DNA from: a virus
Taxonomy: Duplodnaviria > Caudoviricetes
Virus record (IMG/VR): IMGVR_UViG_3300048026_000121
Location: 1 to 57,466 of that record
Reading direction: 5' to 3' (one strand)
Length of the DNA stretch: 57,466 nt
The translations under genes and the position numbers were made by a program. The notes beneath the pieces are model-generated. The model was given only the letters and a program-made list of their open reading frames with translations, searched no databases and was not told where the DNA came from. Positions 1 through 7,969 of the stretch are shown here, piece after piece. Positions within the stretch are counted from its first letter, which is position 1, and every line of letters starts with the position of its first letter.

Positions 1-299
1 ATCTTCTTCCATTGTATTTCCTTAGTATCCAAAGGTGGGATCTGTTGCTTGAAATCCTGTTCGTTGTGCTGCAGGATCGAAGTCAAATATACTACTTCTT
101 GGTCTTGTCATGACCCCGTACCTTAAAGCGTCATATAAGTGATCTTCTGAGTTCGTGTCTACATCCTCAGGGTTTCTTTTGTCTAGAGGAATAGAGGGAA
201 GCTGAGATATAAGATGAGTGCAATTAGAAAATATGACAAGTCTTGGTTCCTCTGTAAACTCATCTACCTGCAGTCTTCTATGTATTTCGTTCTTACCAG
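1..299. repeat. Left copy of end overlap (3' end of terL and portal start codon region)
   Basis: 173-299 is identical to 57340-57466 (127 bp). 1-172 aligns without gaps to 57168-57339 with about 34 mismatches by hand count, mostly synonymous. Confidence 0.95.
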
Positions 300-1608
300 C
301 TACACGAGATCCTTTTGATCTGTCTGCTGGTCTCCATCTACAGCCTTTCATAATCATCTGTTCAGCAAGGCTAGGGCCAGTATCACCACGATTATGCCAC
401 AAAGAAGAGTCAAGAACTCCATACCTGACCTTCTCTTCTTGTTCAATGTCCAGGATCATGTCAGCCAAATCAGTAGCAATTACCTTAGATACATATAGCT
501 CTCTGTAGACTATTAGCTGTTCAGATCCTGGAACAACTGCGAACCAGACTACCCCAGTATAGGAACCATAACCATAGTCGCAAGCTCTGAAACGAACCCA
601 GTTACTTGGTATATCGAATGGTTCAACAACATGGATGCGTCTGTTAAACTCTGGGAAAGCTGCTCCTTCGTTAATATCCCAGTCACCTTCAAGCAACTGT
701 CTTCGTTGATGCTCAGGCAGAGATAAAAGGTTGGCTTCATACATTCCATCTTCAGATAGGTAAGGGTTATCAAATAAGGTAGCAGGAATAAACTTACGTT
801 TAAACAGTGGCTCACCTTCTCGACTGTGACCCTTAGGCCAACATATCACTTCGCCCTGTTCATCTGTAGCCCAGAATGGTTTATCTGGAATACTAGGATC
901 AATGAAGTGTTTCTTTACCCATTGATGCCCAGGTCCACCTGGGTTGGATGTAGCTCTCATGAAGAGGGGTAACCCTGAAGCCATTGTTGCACGTAGACGT
1001 GATCTCATATAGTTCCACGCATATGGTGTAGGCCACTGGGTAAGTTCGTCAAAGCCAATCCAACTAAAGGCTTGACCTTGGTATCTCATAACATCATCGT
1101 CCCTGTCAAGGTATGACATCCAAAGTGTTGCACCATTAGGTGCTACCCAAGTCTTGTCCCTCTCCATAAACTTAATACCAGGAACTGCTTGAGGGTAAAG
1201 CTGCTTACTTACAGAGATAAGCTCTCTAAGCTCTTCTGTAGACCTACGAACAAGTAGCATTCGTGCATGTGGATTTGAAAAGTACCTAACTGGATCTGCA
1301 ACCAACGAAAAGCTTTTTCCACCACCTGCTGCCCCTCCGTATAGGACTTCTTGTTCTGTAGCTGCTAGGAACCTAGTCTGTGGTCCTGGGTTTGGTTCGA
1401 AGATCACCTTTTGTTTGACCGCAGAAGGGGCAACACTCTCCATCTCTGAGTTCGATGTACTCATCGTCTGTGTCGAGATGTCTGGTGTGCTTTCCACCAA
1501 GTCTTTCTTCTTCGATCTTCTTGCTTTTCCTTGCCGCTTCTTTATACTTTTTGGCATACTGGCGGTAGTTGGAGGACGCCCTGCGCCTTTTTTCTTCCAT
1601 TCTGACAC
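22..1608 (-). CDS. terL: Terminase large subunit (true start may be 1464 or 1443)
   Basis: Walker A YGGAAGGGKS, Walker B IGFDELTQW, coupling motif ATSNPGG, nuclease acidic motifs ACDYG and DHLYDALRY; precedes the portal gene in the circular map. Confidence 0.95.
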   Translation of the reverse strand: MSEWKKKGAGRPPTTASMPKSIKKRQGKARRSKKKDLVESTPDISTQTMSTSNSEMESVAPSAVKQKVIFEPNPGPQTRFLAATEQEVLYGGAAGGGKSFSLVADPVRYFSNPHARMLLVRRSTEELRELISVSKQLYPQAVPGIKFMERDKTWVAPNGATLWMSYLDRDDDVMRYQGQAFSWIGFDELTQWPTPYAWNYMRSRLRATMASGLPLFMRATSNPGGPGHQWVKKHFIDPSIPDKPFWATDEQGEVICWPKGHSREGEPLFKRKFIPATLFDNPYLSEDGMYEANLLSLPEHQRRQLLEGDWDINEGAAFPEFNRRIHVVEPFDIPSNWVRFRACDYGYGSYTGVVWFAVVPGSEQLIVYRELYVSKVIATDLADMILDIEQEEKVRYGVLDSSLWHNRGDTGPSLAEQMIMKGCRWRPADRSKGSRVAGKNEIHRRLQVDEFTEEPRLVIFSNCTHLISQLPSIPLDKRNPEDVDTNSEDHLYDALRYGVMTRPRSSIFDFDPAAQRTGFQATDPTFGY

Positions 1609-1894
1609 GTTTATACAACCCTACATGTGAGATGTGTCTACCAGATTGATCAGACAGCCACTTGGCTACTTGCCTAACACTGTACTCTCGTAGAAACAAC
1701 TTTGCTTTTTCTAAAAGTTCTAGTTCTTCAGGGATAGGAATCAGAAGCATTTCATCTTCTTCATCTTGTTTGTACCCAAATGGTACGTGTCTTCCTACTC
1801 TTATAACAGGATACCACTCTCCGTTCTCTCCTTGAAGTGGTATCTGCCAGTCTACTTTAGTTGGATGATCTGCAGTTGATGCTCTCTTACTCAT
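1373..1894 (-). CDS. Putative DNA-binding protein resembling the recombinase domain of large serine recombinases
   Basis: VPFGY...LIPIPEELELL...YSVRQVAKWL pattern, basic helix and C-terminal CCPFC; no catalytic serine-recombinase domain. Confidence 0.55.
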   Translation of the reverse strand: MSKRASTADHPTKVDWQIPLQGENGEWYPVIRVGRHVPFGYKQDEEDEMLLIPIPEELELLEKAKLFLREYSVRQVAKWLSDQSGRHISHVGLYKRVRMEEKRRRASSNYRQYAKKYKEAARKSKKIEEERLGGKHTRHLDTDDEYIELRDGECCPFCGQTKGDLRTKPRTTD

Positions 1895-2249
1895 CTTCTT
1901 TCGCTGGTAGAATAAATAAAGGCTCAGATGCTTTTACTTCTACCTTATCTGTTTTCGTGAAACCTGCACGATCTAGAATGTCTTTAGCTGCTAACATCTT
2001 TTCTTTGACACCCAGATCAGTAGGATCTGCCATAACAGAGAACATAGTGTAAGCGGCTTTAGTAGACGATTGTGCTATGAACTTCTTTGTAAGCTCTGCA
2101 ATCTCGTCTGTCAAGGCATTAACGATACCTGATGTAGAAACACCTTCAGCATAACCTGCAAGTTTCTTAGCAGTCACAGGGTCTCCTTTGGCCTCATCAA
2201 AGAGGACATCAAGAAACTTTTGCTGCTTTTCTGTTAGATTTCTTGCCAT
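1887..2249 (-). CDS. Terminase small subunit (putative)
   Basis: MARNLTEKQQKF...AKKLAGY N-terminal HTH pattern and ILDRAG motif typical of TerS; upstream of terL. ATG 2249 preferred over the track start at 2321. Confidence 0.7.
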   Translation of the reverse strand: MARNLTEKQQKFLDVLFDEAKGDPVTAKKLAGYAEGVSTSGIVNALTDEIAELTKKFIAQSSTKAAYTMFSVMADPTDLGVKEKMLAAKDILDRAGFTKTDKVEVKASEPLFILPAKEDE

Positions 2250-2704
2250 TATGTCACCATATAAATTATGAAGCCAAATATTCCAAAACAAAGTATAAGT
2301 AAAAAGATACTTAGTGTCCAAGTAATAATTTCTTCTTGTAGTTCAGCCTTACGATACTCTTGCTCTTTCTTTTGCTTTCGTATCTTTCCTTCGATGGATA
2401 CTAGCTCATCCCAAGCAGATGGCCCCATCGTGAAACTAATATAGTCCTTGAGTTCTTTTCTCATGGACTCTGCTTTACGTTTTGCAGCAAAAACTTCCAT
2501 CGCCTCTGCTTCTACAGAACCTCCAATGGATTTCCACCAAGGGGGATTCTTTACTTGCTTCTCAGCTTGGCCTAGATCTGCCATATGCCCTGCCCACTTA
2601 GTTAGTTGGCCTGACATATCTTGCAGATCCTTACCAATGGCAAAGCCTTTCTTCAGAGCATTGAAGGCGACAGTGGCCCCACCAATAATTGTAACTGGGT
2701 CCAT
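2249..2704 (-). CDS. Hypothetical membrane-anchored coiled-coil protein
   Basis: MDPVTIIGGATVAF N-terminus, C-terminal transmembrane helix, GGAGG RBS. Confidence 0.75.
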   Translation of the reverse strand: MDPVTIIGGATVAFNALKKGFAIGKDLQDMSGQLTKWAGHMADLGQAEKQVKNPPWWKSIGGSVEAEAMEVFAAKRKAESMRKELKDYISFTMGPSAWDELVSIEGKIRKQKKEQEYRKAELQEEIITWTLSIFLLILCFGIFGFIIYMVT

Positions 2705-2725
2705 TCGCCTCCTCCCAAAGACTAA

Positions 2726-2887
2726 TTAGACTTTACCGTCTCTCACGATTCTTTTGATGTCAGCACGACCAATCCCTAGATCGTTAAGTTCTCTGTCTGA
2801 CATTCTCCAGAGGTGCATCTCAGCAATACGAGCATTTGCTTGGGCTTGTCTTGCTTCAATCATTTTATTAAAGAATTTTTTAAACAT
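2726..2887 (-). CDS. DUF1127 (YjiS-like) small protein, 53 aa, absent from the ORF track
   Basis: Manual translation MFKKFFNKMIEARQAQANARIAEMHLWRMSDRELNDLGIGRADIKRIVRDGKV carries the LxxMSDRELxDLGIxRxDI signature; AAGGAG RBS. Confidence 0.9.
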   Translation of the reverse strand: MFKKFFNKMIEARQAQANARIAEMHLWRMSDRELNDLGIGRADIKRIVRDGKV

Positions 2888-2924
2888 GTTCTACTCCTTG
2901 TGGTTAACCCTTGTTGGGCAGGAG

Positions 2925-2969
2925 TAGTTATATGTTATTAGTTATACTATACTATTACAAAAAATGCAA
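2925..2969 (-). promoter_or_regulatory. Sigma70-like promoter(s) upstream of the DUF1127 gene
   Basis: TTGCAT-N17-TATAAC(TA) plus a second TATAACTA 14 bp downstream, in an AT-rich intergenic gap. Confidence 0.6.
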
Positions 2970-2974
2970 CCCCG

Positions 2975-3334
2975 TTACCCGACAGGAACAAAGGTCTCAG
3001 TTACAGTAACGATAGAATCAATGTGACCAGCAGCACCTGGAACAACTTGAATCTTATCTCCAGGTTGTAATACTAGGTCAATGTCAGCAAACTCGTGGTA
3101 GCCTCCCCCTGCCAAACTTTTATCGTTAAGGAAGTGAGATGTGTAGCTGTCAGCATCAACATACCACTGTATTGTGATATCGTTAGTTGATCCACCACCA
3201 TTGGCTACAATAATATATGTAACCTCTGCAGTGCAGTTAGCAGGACAAACATACACATCCTCTGTCGTGGTCCCAGTGTTGTGACCATACACAGACTTTC
3301 TACGAGAAGGTTTACCAGGGTTCAGGACTGTCAT
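2975..3334 (-). CDS. Hypothetical beta-rich protein, possibly virion-associated
   Basis: ORF coupled to the upstream gene (ATGA overlap at 3331-3334); VYVCPAN...LVLQPGDKI pattern seen in phage structural accessory proteins. Confidence 0.6.
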   Translation of the reverse strand: MTVLNPGKPSRRKSVYGHNTGTTTEDVYVCPANCTAEVTYIIVANGGGSTNDITIQWYVDADSYTSHFLNDKSLAGGGYHEFADIDLVLQPGDKIQVVPGAAGHIDSIVTVTETFVPVG

Positions 3335-3615
3335 TTCTTCTTTGTGACCTTCTTGATTGTTTTGACTACCCAAGCCTCATTGACTTCAGTATCAGGATCA
3401 TCAGCAATGAAGTGCCCATTCTCATCACGAGCACGTTCCATTACCAACTCTTCTTCTACTTTAGCTTTTTTCTTGGGTGCCTTTTTCTTCGCAGGAGCTT
3501 CTTGCTCTTTAATAAATTCTAGGACTTTAGCTTCTTTAGTATGCCAAGTGCCACGAATCTTTTGAGCAAGAACATCTCCACGAGGACCAAGGACTTTATC
3601 TCCTTGTAGTCTCAT
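3331..3615 (-). CDS. Hypothetical protein
   Basis: In-operon ORF; RARDENGHFIADDPDT..NEAW motif and Lys-rich segments. Confidence 0.7.
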   Translation of the reverse strand: MRLQGDKVLGPRGDVLAQKIRGTWHTKEAKVLEFIKEQEAPAKKKAPKKKAKVEEELVMERARDENGHFIADDPDTEVNEAWVVKTIKKVTKKK

Positions 3616-4482
3616 TTAATAGTCTCCAAACTTTTTCTTGTGTTCTGCTACAGTCTCTTCTTTGTAACGAGTAGAGTACTTCTTACCCTTCCAAGTAAAC
3701 GTAGCATTCTTATCTTTACGATTACGTCTGAATGCATCTTTGAATGATTCATTCGTTGTTGGACCTGTTGCAGGACGTAGCTTAGGTTTAGGTGAAGAAC
3801 CTGGTGATACCTTCTTCTTAACGCCAGGATTTTCACCTGTTTTCTTATTTGGTGTAACCTTAGGCTTAGACTTCTTAGGTGTCATAGGCTTAGTATCTAG
3901 ACGCTTAGAAGGTGTACCCTCTTTTTTCTTTTCTACTGGCTTTAGATCATCCTTAGTAATCTCTGGTGCTGCAGGACGTGCAGAATCTCTAAGGATTGCA
4001 GGTCTGCTTGTCTTTGGTTTAGGAGGTAGATTAGGACGAGATCTGACCAACTTCTTATCCATCAGTGGAGCTTTCTTACGACCACGTTTACCTGTGTATC
4101 TTGAACCACCTGTACCGCCTGTAGGTTTAGCAGGAGCCTTAGTGCTTGTCTTAGGCTTTGCAGGAGCAGTTGTCTGCGTCTTAGGTTTCGCAGGTGAAGT
4201 GCTCTTTGGTGCGCTTGGTTTCGCAGGAGGTTTAGCAGGAGCCTTAGGCTTTGCGGGAACTGGGCTAGGCTTTTGAAACTTACCAGTCTTTGGGTTCTGT
4301 GGTTGACGAAGGGACTTGGGCGGTGGTTTTAGAGTATCTACTCTCACACCTTTTGGGGCAGTCGTTGTAACTCTGGCCCTTGGATTATTCTTTTTAATTT
4401 GATCTGCAACTTCTTTAGAGCCAGTCTTAAAGAACTTACCCAAGATCTCAATAAAGTATCTTGCTGCTGTAGCCTTACCCAT
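3616..4482 (-). CDS. Lys/Pro-rich, histone H1-like low-complexity protein
   Basis: PAKP/KPK repeats; C-terminal SFKDAFRRNRK...TFTWKGKKYST module. Confidence 0.7.
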   Translation of the reverse strand: MGKATAARYFIEILGKFFKTGSKEVADQIKKNNPRARVTTTAPKGVRVDTLKPPPKSLRQPQNPKTGKFQKPSPVPAKPKAPAKPPAKPSAPKSTSPAKPKTQTTAPAKPKTSTKAPAKPTGGTGGSRYTGKRGRKKAPLMDKKLVRSRPNLPPKPKTSRPAILRDSARPAAPEITKDDLKPVEKKKEGTPSKRLDTKPMTPKKSKPKVTPNKKTGENPGVKKKVSPGSSPKPKLRPATGPTTNESFKDAFRRNRKDKNATFTWKGKKYSTRYKEETVAEHKKKFGDY

Positions 4483-4483
4483 C

Positions 4484-5011
4484 TTACTTACCTCTTTTTC
4501 CTTGAGTAGGTTTCATTGAAGCACCACAGTCAGCTTGAATTACACCACCATGTGCGTAACCTTTGCGTTTCTTAGCCATACCACCATAGCTGTAACCCAT
4601 CTTCTTGGCTACATCTGGTGCTTCTTTTTTCAGGGCTTGCATCCCTGGGTTCATTTTCTTTTTCATAACGCCACCTTTGTTCATTGCTGTATGATATCCA
4701 GTGCCACCACAATGTGAACACCCTTTTCCTTTGCACTTAGGACAAACTACTTTTTTACCTTTAGCCATGCCACCCTCTGCTGCTCTAAACTTTTTAACTT
4801 TATCTGCTACACCCTTTGGTTGGGCTACAAACTGTTTACCCTTGGCGTTGCCTTTTGCTTTTGCTGCGTTAGTTGCAGCCTTCTCACTTGCACTAAGTGC
4901 TTTCCATGCTTTTTCAGGTAAGTATCTTTTCTTACCTTTAGATGGAGATCCATCAGAAGTTTTCCACTTCTGCTGACCCCACTTCTTAAGAGACTTCTGT
5001 GGTGCTCTCAT
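4484..5011 (-). CDS. Basic hypothetical protein with a DnaJ-like Zn-finger repeat
   Basis: LKKWGQQKW...RYLP N-terminus; CPKCKGKG and CSHCGGTG; several xxxGG motifs. Confidence 0.7.
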   Translation of the reverse strand: MRAPQKSLKKWGQQKWKTSDGSPSKGKKRYLPEKAWKALSASEKAATNAAKAKGNAKGKQFVAQPKGVADKVKKFRAAEGGMAKGKKVVCPKCKGKGCSHCGGTGYHTAMNKGGVMKKKMNPGMQALKKEAPDVAKKMGYSYGGMAKKRKGYAHGGVIQADCGASMKPTQGKRGK

Positions 5012-5310
5012 GATGTGTAGCCTCCACCCTTAGCCTTGTATTGTTTTGCTACCATCTGAGCTTTACGTGCAGACCACTGACCAGGCTTACCACCTTTAGA
5101 TCCTGCTTTAACCTGAGCAACTAGTTTCTTTCTCATACCAGGTTTAGTGTAGTTACCTGCAGCATTTACTGTAGAACCACCTTTACTATAGCCTGTACTG
5201 CTCTTAGAAGCTTTGATAGCTTCACCTTGCTTTACAGCATCAATACGTCTTTTGTAGACCTTTCCAGTCTTACCCCAACGATATCCACCTGGTACTTTCT
5301 CTACTGGCAT
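5008..5310 (-). CDS. Basic hypothetical protein
   Basis: NYTKP...GGKPGQWSARKAQ...YKAKGGGY conserved-looking module; coupled to its neighbours. Confidence 0.7.
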   Translation of the reverse strand: MPVEKVPGGYRWGKTGKVYKRRIDAVKQGEAIKASKSSTGYSKGGSTVNAAGNYTKPGMRKKLVAQVKAGSKGGKPGQWSARKAQMVAKQYKAKGGGYTS

Positions 5311-5498
5311 TATGCACTACTTCCTTCAACCTTATGGCAGTGTGGTGTAGCATACGCTCCTCCTGCTCTAATGTTGGCAACTATTTGTTCAGCTTCTTCT
5401 AAACATGCTTGTTCAGAGTAAAAGGGTTCTGGTTTTGCTATAATCTTACAAGACAGGGCCATAGGATCAAAGCAGACTAGGAGTATCCCTATCCACAT
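5310..5498 (-). CDS. Small exported or membrane protein
   Basis: Hydrophobic N-terminus MWIGILLVC and four Cys; start overlaps the stop of the upstream gene. Confidence 0.6.
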   Translation of the reverse strand: MWIGILLVCFDPMALSCKIIAKPEPFYSEQACLEEAEQIVANIRAGGAYATPHCHKVEGSSA

Positions 5499-5815
5499 TA
5501 CGAACCTTTCTTCCACTTCGTAGAAGAGGATTTAGTTTTAGAGGGCGACCACTTTACTTTATCAGCCCAGTATGCTGCAGACATCTTACCCTTTGATATG
5601 TTCTTGGCGTGGCGAGACTTGAATGCCTCTCGTTGTCCTGCAGTCTGATTGGTTTTCACACCCTTCTGACCAAACTTGATATACTTATACTTACCACCTT
5701 CAGAGGCCATAACGTGATGAGACTTACCACTACCGTCATTAAGACGTTGTGGTTTGTTGACCCCTTTAAGGCCAGCATCTTTCATCTTTGTTTTTACTCG
5801 TTCAGGTATACTCAT
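5498..5815 (-). CDS. Basic hypothetical protein
   Basis: IKFGQKG...FKSRH...SAAYWADKVKW module; in operon. Confidence 0.7.
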   Translation of the reverse strand: MSIPERVKTKMKDAGLKGVNKPQRLNDGSGKSHHVMASEGGKYKYIKFGQKGVKTNQTAGQREAFKSRHAKNISKGKMSAAYWADKVKWSPSKTKSSSTKWKKGS

Positions 5816-5855
5816 GGTAATGTTAGGGGGAACATGGGACGTTCACTATTTACCC

Positions 5856-6248
5856 CTACTCCTTTGTTACTTTAAATCTATCGTACTTAGGATTATCTTT
5901 ACGCCCAAATAATCTTAACACAAAATTAACGAAACCCCTAGCTATTTCTGTTGGTGTGGGCAACAACCAACCTAAAATGAGGAGTAGGATTACCCAGGGT
6001 GGGATATTTGTGTTGATGATGTCTAGGTTTTCCACAGTGCCTGTCTCAACCTCTTTGATGATTTCTGTTTGGACTACATCCCTGCCAGCAGTCACTTCTT
6101 CTTTTTGTTCTACAGAGACTACAGATTGTCTGTTCTCTTTCCCTATCTGAGCATTGCTGTTGACTGTAGGTCCACCAGATCCACCAAAGGGTAGAATAGA
6201 TGTTAGACCACAGCTAGATAATAATAGGATCAGGACCAACCATCTCAT
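5856..6248 (-). CDS. Unimolecular spanin (putative)
   Basis: Lipoprotein signal with LSSC lipobox, beta-rich periplasmic part and C-terminal TM (PPWVILLLILGWLLPTP), matching the T1 gp11-type architecture; in the lysis cluster. Confidence 0.7.
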   Translation of the reverse strand: MRWLVLILLLSSCGLTSILPFGGSGGPTVNSNAQIGKENRQSVVSVEQKEEVTAGRDVVQTEIIKEVETGTVENLDIINTNIPPWVILLLILGWLLPTPTEIARGFVNFVLRLFGRKDNPKYDRFKVTKE

Positions 6249-6385
6249 TTTGCAAATGCATCATCAAGAAGTATGATCTCCAGTCTTTGTACCTGTAGTT
6301 GTAGCTGATTAGTCGTATTGATATTCCAACCAATAAGACCAACTACAGCAGCAAACAGTACAGACACTAAAGCTTTATTATCCAT
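6245..6385 (-). CDS. Small single-TM protein, 46 aa, absent from the ORF track
   Basis: MDNKALVSVLFAAVVGLIGWNINTTNQLQLQVQRLEIILLDDAFAK fills the gap exactly, with an ATGA overlap to the spanin gene. Confidence 0.7.
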   Translation of the reverse strand: MDNKALVSVLFAAVVGLIGWNINTTNQLQLQVQRLEIILLDDAFAK

Positions 6386-6386
6386 A

Positions 6387-6617
6387 TTACTTATTTCTCA
6401 GTGTTTGCTCTATGCTATCTAGTTTCATAAAGATAGCTTTGATGGTTTCTTTCATCTCTTTCATTTCTCTGTCGTGATGAAGAGATCTCTGTTCATGTTG
6501 AGCCTGAATGACTGCAATATCTCTTTCGTTCTTAGTTACTTTATTAAAAAGTACCCAGACAACTACTATGATAGGTGCCACTAACCATTGCATTACTATG
6601 TCAATCATCTCGTACAT
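6387..6617 (-). CDS. Holin/antiholin-like single-TM coiled-coil protein
   Basis: N-terminal TM plus coiled coil; immediately downstream of the endolysin. Confidence 0.55.
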   Translation of the reverse strand: MYEMIDIVMQWLVAPIIVVVWVLFNKVTKNERDIAVIQAQHEQRSLHHDREMKEMKETIKAIFMKLDSIEQTLRNK

Positions 6618-6620
6618 GGC

Positions 6621-7115
6621 TTATTCAATATCTTCTGGTTCGGGACGTGTAATAAGTTGGAAGTGTGGGCCGTCAAGGAACGGTCTACGCCCTTCTGATC
6701 TACGGTTGTCAATGTATCTATTCATTGCGTCTTCCATAGTCCCCATGTGCCCACCAATATTTCCTTGGTCCCAAGCTGCTCCCCAAAGAACTTCAATATT
6801 GTTTTGAGTTGCTGCATGAGCCATAGCATCAGCGATATCATCATACAAATTCAATTCCCAGGCCACATCTGAACCAATATAAGCTACAAGGTCTACAGCA
6901 TGGCTGTAACCATCTTCTTGAGGTAGGTGTAAGGAGTTCATAGTCTGAGACTTACCTGCAGCTACTAGGCGTTCTTGCTCTTCTACAGTTCTAAGACCAC
7001 AAGTTACACCAAAGTCCACTCTTGTGTAGCCTATTGCTTCTTTAACAACCGCAACTAAGTCAGGGTGTACACCCTCTAGTCTGTCTAAAGATCTTTGTGA
7101 AAGTTTAAATGCCAT
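6621..7115 (-). CDS. Endolysin, peptidase M15 (L-Ala-D-Glu peptidase type)
   Basis: LSQRSLDRLEGVHPDL, GLRTVEEQ, SLH, HAVD and DGPHFQL zinc-peptidase motifs. Confidence 0.9.
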   Translation of the reverse strand: MAFKLSQRSLDRLEGVHPDLVAVVKEAIGYTRVDFGVTCGLRTVEEQERLVAAGKSQTMNSLHLPQEDGYSHAVDLVAYIGSDVAWELNLYDDIADAMAHAATQNNIEVLWGAAWDQGNIGGHMGTMEDAMNRYIDNRRSEGRRPFLDGPHFQLITRPEPEDIE

Positions 7116-7125
7116 TTTTTCTTAC

Positions 7126-7446
7126 CTATTTGCTCATTGCCATCTTGTTGCCCATTGGTTTACCAGCCATGTAAGCTGTTGCACCCATGTATGCTGCTAC
7201 TACACCTGTTTGGGCTATGTAGAATAAACCTAGTAGGTCAGCTAAAGCTGCTACTCTTGAATCTGACATCATTGGGGTAAACAAATAGACTGTGAAACCA
7301 ATCATCATCAGCATTGCTACCCAGGCCATCTTCTTCTGGGACTCTGCTTTCTCTTCACGTAGCTCTATTTCAAGCATACGTTCCTTCATAGCTACTTCTT
7401 CTGCTGTGACCTTACCATCACCATCAACATCAAAGTCTACTACCAT
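7126..7446 (-). CDS. Holin-like two-TM protein with an EF-hand-like N-terminus
   Basis: DVDGDGKVTAEE loop followed by two hydrophobic helices; directly upstream of the endolysin. Confidence 0.55.
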   Translation of the reverse strand: MVVDFDVDGDGKVTAEEVAMKERMLEIELREEKAESQKKMAWVAMLMMIGFTVYLFTPMMSDSRVAALADLLGLFYIAQTGVVAAYMGATAYMAGKPMGNKMAMSK

Positions 7447-7700
7447 TATTCCCAGTCCCTTTTCCTGTCAGGATCTAGTACGTCCTGCTTCCTGAGCATA
7501 CCTTCAAGGTACATTGCTCTTTCCATTCTATCTAATGAGACCCAGTGACCTGTAGATTCATAGTAAGCCCTACGAACATAGAAGACATCTGACCTAGGGA
7601 TATGTACCCTACGTAATTTCTTCTCGTTTTTATCAGCTAAGGCTTGGTAGAACTCTTCAAGTACTGAGTCTGACTCAAAGTACTTTATTCTTTTGTTCAT
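7446..7700 (-). CDS. Hypothetical protein, first gene of the - strand arm
   Basis: 84-aa ORF coupled to the downstream gene. Confidence 0.7.
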   Translation of the reverse strand: MNKRIKYFESDSVLEEFYQALADKNEKKLRRVHIPRSDVFYVRRAYYESTGHWVSLDRMERAMYLEGMLRKQDVLDPDRKRDWE

Positions 7701-7802
7701 TTTTATATCTAATGTTCTGTAGTTGTACGTAAAGTACCCTTGAAGTCAACAGATCTTCTCAATTTTCTAACGAAAATAGGACTACAAACAATGATAGTAG
7801 GG

Positions 7803-7897
7803 TACTAATAGTAATTACTTAAAGTTAATTCTTATAAAAGTATATAAATATAAGAATAAAAGACAAAAGAGTAAAACTTTAAGTATTACTATAAGTA
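7803..7897 (-). other. AT-rich long inverted repeat (hairpin A)
   Basis: TAGTAATTACTTAAAGTT (7809-7826) pairs with AACTTTAAGTATTACTA (7875-7891) with one bulge; inner stem TTCTTATA/TATAAGAA. Confidence 0.7.
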
Positions 7898-7908
7898 TTA
7901 TATACCAA

Positions 7909-7937
7909 TAGTTATACCCGCCACAAGTATTCTACAA
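7909..7937 (-). promoter_or_regulatory. Putative promoter of the - strand arm
   Basis: TTGTAG-N15-TATAACTA, the same -10-like word as other intergenic promoters. Confidence 0.55.
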
Positions 7938-7952
7938 GAGAAATCCCCCCAT

Positions 7953-7969
7953 TGAGACAATCTGCCACA
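7953..7969. promoter_or_regulatory. Quasi-palindromic box TGAGACAATCTGCCACA
   Basis: Near-identical copy TGAGACAATCTGTCATA at 12330-12346; both lie upstream of TATAACTA promoters. Confidence 0.5.

Noticed and set aside
1586-1597. Programmed frameshift fusing the 173-aa ORF to TerL
   Set aside because: TerL is in the +1 frame and the A6G run is not phased as a canonical A_AAA_AAG -1 slippery site.
1373-1894. Serine integrase / temperate lifestyle
   Set aside because: No catalytic resolvase domain, no att-like context and no host genes in the window.
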